DNA of 64,000 nt from an uncultured bacterium. Lineage in GTDB: Bacteria; Pseudomonadota; Gammaproteobacteria; Pseudomonadales; JADFDG01. The notes under the pieces were generated by a model. The model did not search any database. It was not told the origin of the DNA and was given only the letters and a program-made list of their open reading frames with translations. The DNA lies in the NCBI GenBank assembly GCA_965232985.1, contig CBDDRC010000042.1, positions 361,907 to 425,906 of the forward strand, written 5' to 3'. Of the stretch, positions 58,282 to 64,000 are shown piece by piece (the stretch's first letter is position 1; each line of letters begins with the position of its first letter). The position numbers were made by a program, and so were the translations under genes.

Positions 58282-59265
58282 ATGGCCCGCACCGGCACCT
58301 CCATCCTGATCGTCGATGACGCCAAGTTCTCGAGTGCCGTGGTTACCAAGGCGCTCACCTCGGCCGGCTACACCGACATCCGCTCCGTCAACAATGCGCC
58401 GGATGGCCTGAAGGCCATGGAGGAACGCCCGGCAAGCATCGTCATCGCCGACTGGCTGATGCCCGACATGGACGGGCTTGAGCTCACCCGCCGCATCCGC
58501 CAGCTCGACGAAGTATCCAACCGCTATACCTACGTCATCCTCCTCACTGCGAAGGAAGGCGTCGAGGCGCTGTTCAAGGCCTTCGACGAAGGCGTCGACG
58601 ATTTCGTCAACAAGTCGTCCATGACGCAGCAATTGCTGCCGCGCGTGCTCGCCGCCGACCGCATCACCAGCTTGAACAACCGCCTGCTGGCGGAGAACCA
58701 GCAACTGCTGGAACAGAATCGCAAGCTGAAAACCCTGTCAACGCTCGATCCGATCACCGGCCTCGGCAACCGCGCGTACGCATTAAAGCGGGTTGTCGAC
58801 GTGATGCGGCACGCGCAACTGCGCGGTGGCGCCGCCTGTTATCTGCTGATTACGCTGCAAAACTACAGCGAGATCGAGCGCAAAACACCGCGGGCGATGT
58901 TTGCACAACTGATTGCCGGCGTGGCCCGTCGTTTGCGCCAACTGGTGCGGCCGCTGGACATCGTGGTGCGCGTCAATCCACACCAGTTCGCCCTGATCAC
59001 CCATCAGGCGGATCTCGGCCAGTGCACACCGACCAGCTTCAAGCGCCTGCTCGACGGCATCAATCTGAAAGAATTCAAAACGCAGACCGGTTATCTCTCG
59101 ATCCGCTGCGCGATCACTCTCGTTGCTGCCGATCAAGGCACCGGTTTTCCCGAACCCGAAGCGATCATGACGCGCGCCGAGCAATTATTGCCGCGGGCGC
59201 TGGAAACCGGTCTGATCATCGCCGAGCAATGGCAACGGCCAGCGCGCTTGACCTTGCCGCGATAA
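58282..59265 (+). CDS. Response regulator: REC + degenerate GGDEF domain (NPHQF) with a retained RxxD
   Basis: REC motifs ILIVDD, ADWLMPDMDG and LLTAK. The GGDEF fold reads LDPITGLGNR...RPLDIVVRVNPHQF. Confidence 0.8.
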   Translation: MARTGTSILIVDDAKFSSAVVTKALTSAGYTDIRSVNNAPDGLKAMEERPASIVIADWLMPDMDGLELTRRIRQLDEVSNRYTYVILLTAKEGVEALFKAFDEGVDDFVNKSSMTQQLLPRVLAADRITSLNNRLLAENQQLLEQNRKLKTLSTLDPITGLGNRAYALKRVVDVMRHAQLRGGAACYLLITLQNYSEIERKTPRAMFAQLIAGVARRLRQLVRPLDIVVRVNPHQFALITHQADLGQCTPTSFKRLLDGINLKEFKTQTGYLSIRCAITLVAADQGTGFPEPEAIMTRAEQLLPRALETGLIIAEQWQRPARLTLPR

Positions 59266-59287
59266 ATCTCCCACAATCCGCGCCGCC

Positions 59288-59505
59288 ACAGGTGCCCGCG
59301 CTACGGCGCGGGTTGAACGGGAAGCAGGTCGGTGTGCATTGCCCGCAAGAGCAAAGCCACCCAGCCTGCGCTGCCCCCGCAACGGTGATTGACGCAAGGC
59401 GACGGCAGGACGATCGAACCCACCGGGTTTCGTAATCCAGCCACTGTGCCGTAAGGCCGCAGGCTTCCTGCCTGCACCGGCCCCACGCATGGGAAGGCGC
59501 CGCCC
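59288..59505 (+). promoter_or_regulatory. Cobalamin (B12) riboswitch
   Basis: GGTGCC..., AACGGGAAGCAGGTCGGTG, GCTGCCCCCGCAACGGT, B12-box CAGCCACTG and GGGAAGGC, in the canonical order, upstream of a TonB-dependent receptor. The boundaries are approximate. Confidence 0.75.
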
Positions 59506-59633
59506 GCTGCACGCATTGTGCGTGCCGTCATCAGCCCGGATACCGGCCTCGTGGTGCATGCATCCGCCTTCCCAAAATGGCCGGTGCGTGTCCCCACAGT
59601 TTTCATGCGCGGTGGGCGCATGCAGGAGAGCCG

Positions 59634-61529
59634 ATGAACACCCTCTCGTTTGCGCGGCCGCATCTGGCGGTGCGTCTTGTTGCGTTTGTTGTTTCATTAC
59701 CTGCATGCATGGCGTCCGCGCAGGCGGAGAGACTCACCCTCGAACCCGTCACGGCAATAGCCAGCAGCTACGCGCGGCCGCTGGCAACCACGCCGGCATC
59801 GGTCACCGTGCTTGAGGCCGCCGAGTTGGCGCCGTTCGCGGCGATGCCGGTCGAGGACATTCTCGCCCTGCGCGCCGGTGTAACGCTCGCCCGCACCGGC
59901 GGGCCCGGCCAGCAAGTGAGCGTTTTCCTGCGCGGCACAGACAGCGACAGCGTGCTGGTGCTGGTCGACGGGGTGAAATTCAATTCCGGCACTTTCGGTG
60001 GCGCCAACCTGCAAAACCTGCGCGGCGCCGATATTGCGCGCATCGAGATCGTCCGCGGGCCACGCGCCACGCTCTATGGTTCCGCCGCGATTGGCGGCGT
60101 GATCGCCATCACGACGCGGCAAGGTGGCCGTCAAGATGACCCGAAGGGTGAGCGTGAGGGCAATGCACAATCCATACGCATCGAAGGCGGCAGCGACAAC
60201 ACCACGCAGGTGCACGCCGACATGTCCCGCACGCGCGGCGACAGCAGCCTCGCACTGGGTATCGGCCAGTACCGCACCGACGGCGACCCGGTGACCGACA
60301 CCACCGATGTGACCGGCGAGCACCGCAACAGCTCGGCAACGCTGCATGCCGTCAATGCGCTTGGCGATGCGCGGATCGGCGTCGATGCCTGGGCAGCGCA
60401 GGGTCGCACGCAGTATCTCGACGATTTCACGCTGGCAGCACTGCACCAGGATTTTTCCAATCTGGTTGTCAACACCTTTGCCGACGCGCCGCTCAATAAT
60501 GACACGGCGTTGAAAATGCACATCGGGATCGCCAACGACTCCCTGGACCAACGCGAACCGAACTACCTCGGCGATCTCGATCATGCGCGCACACAGCGAC
60601 AACAGGCAGGCATCGAACTGCGGCGCGGCGCAGCCGGCAACCCAGCCAGCACTACATCTACCCACAACGTACTCATTGCCGGCATCGATGTGGAACGCGA
60701 AGCCGTCGATGCGCGCAGTTACGGCACGCTGATCGATACCATCAACGACAACCGTGCCGTCTACCTGCACAACGATGTATCACGCGGCAAACACCAGTTG
60801 GGCATCGGCGTGCGCAATGCGGTTTACGACAGCTTCGGCGAACACTGGACCGGCGACGCGAATTACGGCCTGCGCATGGGCGCCGATACCTGGGGCTGGC
60901 TCGCCTGGGGCCGTGGTTTCCGCGCTGCGGGTGCCATGGAGCGTTTCGGCTACGGCGGCAATCCCGCGCTGCAACCGGAAACGAGCGACAGCAGCGAAAT
61001 CGGTCTGCGCCAGCGTGTCGGCGCCCACGAATTCACCTGCACCGGTTTCCTGCAGCACATTGATGATCTGATCGACTACCCCGCACCCGCATACACCGCG
61101 ACCAACATTGCCCGTGCCCGCATCACCGGCACCGAACTTGGCTGGTCATGGCACAACGACACCACCCGGATCGACACCTTCGTGACGCTGATGGACCCGG
61201 TCGACGACAGTACCGGTACACAGTTGTCGCGACGCCCGCAAAAACAATTGTCTGCCAGCGCACATCACCGTACCGGCGCGCTGGAATGGCGCACCGGGCT
61301 GCTGGCCATGGATCGGCGTGACAACAGCGCCTATGACGCACAAATCTTGCCGGGCTTCGCCGTGCTGGATATGGGCCTCGCCTGGACGGTACGTCCCGGC
61401 CTCGTTGTCGACGGCCGCATCGAGAATGTCGCTGATCGCAACTACGCGCTGGCAAGCGGCAGCAGCGGCGACTACCGTATGCCGGATCGCGCGTTTTATC
61501 TTGGCATCGTCTGGCAGGCTACGCGCTGA
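59634..61529 (+). CDS. btuB: TonB-dependent receptor, BtuB-like cobalamin transporter
   Basis: Signal peptide, plug motifs (VEIVRGP...LYGS.AIGGVI) and a C-terminal beta-barrel. AGGAGA SD. Specificity is inferred from the riboswitch and the downstream adenosyltransferase. Confidence 0.8.
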   Translation: MNTLSFARPHLAVRLVAFVVSLPACMASAQAERLTLEPVTAIASSYARPLATTPASVTVLEAAELAPFAAMPVEDILALRAGVTLARTGGPGQQVSVFLRGTDSDSVLVLVDGVKFNSGTFGGANLQNLRGADIARIEIVRGPRATLYGSAAIGGVIAITTRQGGRQDDPKGEREGNAQSIRIEGGSDNTTQVHADMSRTRGDSSLALGIGQYRTDGDPVTDTTDVTGEHRNSSATLHAVNALGDARIGVDAWAAQGRTQYLDDFTLAALHQDFSNLVVNTFADAPLNNDTALKMHIGIANDSLDQREPNYLGDLDHARTQRQQAGIELRRGAAGNPASTTSTHNVLIAGIDVEREAVDARSYGTLIDTINDNRAVYLHNDVSRGKHQLGIGVRNAVYDSFGEHWTGDANYGLRMGADTWGWLAWGRGFRAAGAMERFGYGGNPALQPETSDSSEIGLRQRVGAHEFTCTGFLQHIDDLIDYPAPAYTATNIARARITGTELGWSWHNDTTRIDTFVTLMDPVDDSTGTQLSRRPQKQLSASAHHRTGALEWRTGLLAMDRRDNSAYDAQILPGFAVLDMGLAWTVRPGLVVDGRIENVADRNYALASGSSGDYRMPDRAFYLGIVWQATR

Positions 61530-61556
61530 CACCCTCCTCGGCACAGGACGCGCACC

Positions 61557-62144
61557 GTGGGCGACAACCGGCTGACCCGCATCACCACCCGTACCGGCGA
61601 CGATGGCAGCACCGGGCTTGCCGACGGTACGCGCCTGGCGAAAACGCAACCGCGCATTGCCGCGCTGGGTGATATCGACGAGCTGAATGCAGCACTCGGC
61701 TTGCTGTGTGTCGCCCCGGCGCTGGATGCAAAACTGCTCGCCCGTCTGCGTGAGGTGCAACACGATCTGTTCGATCTCGGCGGCGAATTATCGCTGCCGG
61801 GCTCGACGGTGCTGCGCCGCGATGCGTTGAACGCGCTCGAGGCCGACATCGCCGCCTGGAATGCCGCGCTGCCACCGCTCAAGGAGTTCGTATTGCCCGG
61901 CAGCAATGAGGCCAATGCCCGTGCCCATCTCGCGCGTACCCTGTGCCGGCGCGCCGAGCGGGCGCTGTGGGTGCTGGCGGCGCCCGCTGGCGAATCGTTG
62001 CCCGATACGCTGCCGGTGGCGCCGTCACCGCAGTTGCCGCGCTACCTTAATCGTCTCGGCGATTGGCTGTTCGTGCTGGCGCGGCTGACGGCACAGCACG
62101 ATGGCGGCACCGAAGTGACCTGGCGCCGTGGGGCCCTACAGTGA
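61557..62144 (+). CDS. PduO-type ATP:cob(I)alamin adenosyltransferase
   Basis: TRTGDDGSTGL N-terminal motif and the helical bundle region DIDELNAALG...QHDLFDLG. GTG start. Confidence 0.85.
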   Translation: MGDNRLTRITTRTGDDGSTGLADGTRLAKTQPRIAALGDIDELNAALGLLCVAPALDAKLLARLREVQHDLFDLGGELSLPGSTVLRRDALNALEADIAAWNAALPPLKEFVLPGSNEANARAHLARTLCRRAERALWVLAAPAGESLPDTLPVAPSPQLPRYLNRLGDWLFVLARLTAQHDGGTEVTWRRGALQ

Positions 62145-63476
62145 CAACCGCCGCAGATCGGTCAGCAATCCGGCCAGATACGCCGTAAAACGCGCCGCAT
62201 CGGCACCATCAATCACACGATGATCGTAAGAAAGCGACAACGGCAACGTCAGTCGCGGCTGGAACGTTTTTCCGTCCCACACCGGCTTCAGCTGCGATTT
62301 CGACACCCCGAGAATCGCCACTTCCGGCCAGTTCACAATCGGCGTGAATGCAGTGCCACCAATGCCGCCAAGCGAGGAAATGCTGAAGGTCGCGCCCGCC
62401 ATATCGGCCGGCGTCAATTTCTTTTCACGGGCTTTCTTGCCGAGCGCCGCCATTTCCCCGGCGATCTCGACAATGCCCTTGCGATCCGCATCGCGAATCA
62501 CCGGCACCACCAGGCCATCAGGTGTTTCCACCGCAATGCCGATATGCCAGTGGTTTTTCACAATCAATTTTTCGCCGTTGAGCGCCAGCGAGCTGTTGAA
62601 CTTCGGATATTTTTTCAACGCACCAACGCAGGCCCTGGCGATGAACGCCAGCATGGTCAGTTTCACGCCGTCGTCCTTGAGACGCACATTCTCCGTAATA
62701 CGGAACTCTTCAAGGGCGGTGATATCGGCTTCGTCGAATTGCGTAACGTGCGCAATGGCAAGCCAGGCACGATGCAGGTTGACGGCGCTGACGCGGCGCA
62801 ACTTGTTGAGGGCCTGCTCCTCAATCGGACCCCACTTGGCAAAATCGATCGTTGGTAGTTCCGGCAAGCTGCGGCCACTGCCTGCCGACTGTGTGCCGCG
62901 CTGAAGAAGCAGCATTTTCACATGCGCATGCACATCGTCTTTCAGGATGCGGGCCTTGGGGCCGGTGCCCGCCACTTCGGCAAGCGCAACACCAAGTTCA
63001 CGCGCCAGCTTGCGCACCGCCGGGCCAGCGTGGACATTGGCGGCACTGGCTACTGGAGATGACGCCGGGGTTGCCAATGTCGGTACCGGCGCAGCAGGCA
63101 CCGGCGCAGCCGCCTGTGGCACATCACTTTTCTGTGCCGCCATGGTCACGCCGGCTACCAGCGCGCCGGCGGCGACTGGCGCTTCAACTTTTCCCGCCGC
63201 GATTTTTTCCGGCGAGATTTTCTCCGATACAAATGCCGAGGCGGCCTCAACCACAAGAATCAGCGCACCCTGCGTCACCTTGTCGCCTGTTTTCAAGGCA
63301 ATGGACTTGACGATTCCGGCCACCGGGCTTGGCACCTCGACGGTCGCCTTGTCGGATTCAAGAACAATCAGCGTCTGCTCGGCGACGACGGCGTCTCCGG
63401 GCTTGACGCTGATCTCAATGACATCAATCGGCTTGTCGGTGCCGACATCGGGAACCTTTACTTCGGTTACAGCCAC
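62136..63476 (-). CDS. aceF: Dihydrolipoamide acetyltransferase (PDH E2), single lipoyl domain
   Basis: GTG start 2 nt after the aceE stop. Lipoyl motif LESDKATVEVPSP, a peripheral-subunit-binding domain, and the catalytic DHRVIDG. Confidence 0.9.
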   Translation of the reverse strand: MAVTEVKVPDVGTDKPIDVIEISVKPGDAVVAEQTLIVLESDKATVEVPSPVAGIVKSIALKTGDKVTQGALILVVEAASAFVSEKISPEKIAAGKVEAPVAAGALVAGVTMAAQKSDVPQAAAPVPAAPVPTLATPASSPVASAANVHAGPAVRKLARELGVALAEVAGTGPKARILKDDVHAHVKMLLLQRGTQSAGSGRSLPELPTIDFAKWGPIEEQALNKLRRVSAVNLHRAWLAIAHVTQFDEADITALEEFRITENVRLKDDGVKLTMLAFIARACVGALKKYPKFNSSLALNGEKLIVKNHWHIGIAVETPDGLVVPVIRDADRKGIVEIAGEMAALGKKAREKKLTPADMAGATFSISSLGGIGGTAFTPIVNWPEVAILGVSKSQLKPVWDGKTFQPRLTLPLSLSYDHRVIDGADAARFTAYLAGLLTDLRRLSL

Positions 63477-63478
63477 GG

Positions 63479-64000
63479 TCAGCACTCCACCGGGTTGCAC
63501 TTTTCGGGATCAACGCCGTAGCGCTGTATGGCCTCGGCAACGAGCTTGCGCTCGACCTTGCCGTCGGCAGCCAGCGCTTCGAGCGCGGCAATCACCACGA
63601 AACGGCGATCCACCTCAAAGAACTCGCGCAGCTTGCGCCGTGAATCGCTGCGGCCGAAGCCGTCGGTGCCAAGCACGCGGTAAGTGCCACGGACAAAGGG
63701 CCGGATCTGGTCGGCGAACAACTTCATGTAATCCGTGGCCGCAATCACCGGACCCTCGGTATCGCCAAGGCACTGCTCCACCCATGATATCTGCGGTTTT
63801 TTCGCCAGCGGATGCAGCAGATTGAAGCGTTGAACCTCAAGGCCATTACGACGCAACTCATTGAAACTGGTGACACTCCAGATGTCGGCGCGCACGCCGA
63901 AGTCCTGCGCCAACATTTCTGCGGCAGCCTCGACTTCGCGCAGGATGGTGCCACTGCCCAACAACTGGACAACCAATCCGGTTTTTTTTGCGGGCGGCTC
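63479..64000 (-). CDS. aceE: Pyruvate dehydrogenase E1 component, C-terminal part (truncated by the window edge)
   Basis: C-terminal AceE sequence ...RVLGTDGFGRSDSR...YGVDPEKCNPVEC. The ORF runs off the right end of the window. Confidence 0.88.
   Translation of the reverse strand, partial: EPPAKKTGLVVQLLGSGTILREVEAAAEMLAQDFGVRADIWSVTSFNELRRNGLEVQRFNLLHPLAKKPQISWVEQCLGDTEGPVIAATDYMKLFADQIRPFVRGTYRVLGTDGFGRSDSRRKLREFFEVDRRFVVIAALEALAADGKVERKLVAEAIQRYGVDPEKCNPVEC

Noticed and set aside
59697-60770. 357-aa ORF antisense to btuB
   Set aside because: Shadow ORF. The plug and barrel motifs, the signal peptide and the riboswitch all support the plus strand.
62136-62144. 9-nt overlap of the convergent adenosyltransferase and aceF 3' ends
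   Set aside because: It is a trivial overlap of stop-proximal codons in a compact genome. No additional structure or terminator is visible.
63983-63990. T8 homopolymer (A8 on the coding strand) as a possible slippage or phase-variation site in aceE
   Set aside because: It simply encodes Ala-Lys-Lys-Thr (GCA AAA AAA ACC) in an essential gene. The frame is intact and nothing suggests phase variation.

Overview
This is a gene-dense, high-G+C (about mid-60s % by eye) chromosomal segment with roughly 55 CDS, one tRNA and one riboswitch. It is probably from a gammaproteobacterium: it has a FabY-type KAS, a long psi subunit next to rimI, a rhombosortase, and CIRCE-controlled groESL. I saw no transposase, integrase, CRISPR array or rRNA. 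Gene order, left to right: (1) A copper block (88-9334): a Met-rich mini-ORF, a Tat multicopper oxidase, a membrane cytochrome c, then an apparent six-gene unit in which a beta-CASP nuclease, an AMP-phosphorylase-like enzyme and a PRPP-synthetase-like enzyme precede a Cu+ P-type ATPase, a Met/His-rich periplasmic protein and a SHOCT protein. (2) An EAL protein, a nitroreductase, metR/metE with two MetR boxes, ppc, a degenerate membrane GGDEF protein and a beta-lactamase-fold hydrolase. (3) A VesB-like S1 protease with a GlyGly-CTERM signal, dinB, and a 1182-aa PKD/S8 lipoprotein protease. (4) An LplT-like MFS transporter, kup, a low-G+C ecsC islet, an SDR, a DUF2846-like lipoprotein, a pentapeptide protein, a DUF1289 protein and a DHOD-like protein. 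(5) tRNA-Leu(UAG) followed by three uncharacterised envelope genes. (6) Thiolase, acyl-CoA synthetase and fabY, then prfC, rimI-holD, leuA, a rhombosortase and groESL. (7) A 1013-aa repeat lipoprotein (5 two-Cys repeats plus 7 FG-GAP blades), a HugZ-like protein, an ATL protein, ampG, an ABC-2 exporter and a degenerate REC-GGDEF protein. (8) A cobalamin riboswitch with btuB and a PduO-type adenosyltransferase, then aceF and partial aceE. The most interesting candidates are the nucleotide-salvage-like trio co-transcribed with the copper pump, the three-gene envelope cluster next to the tRNA, and the split rhombosortase/GlyGly-CTERM pair. All functional calls rest on motifs read by eye and on recalled family knowledge; no database search was possible.
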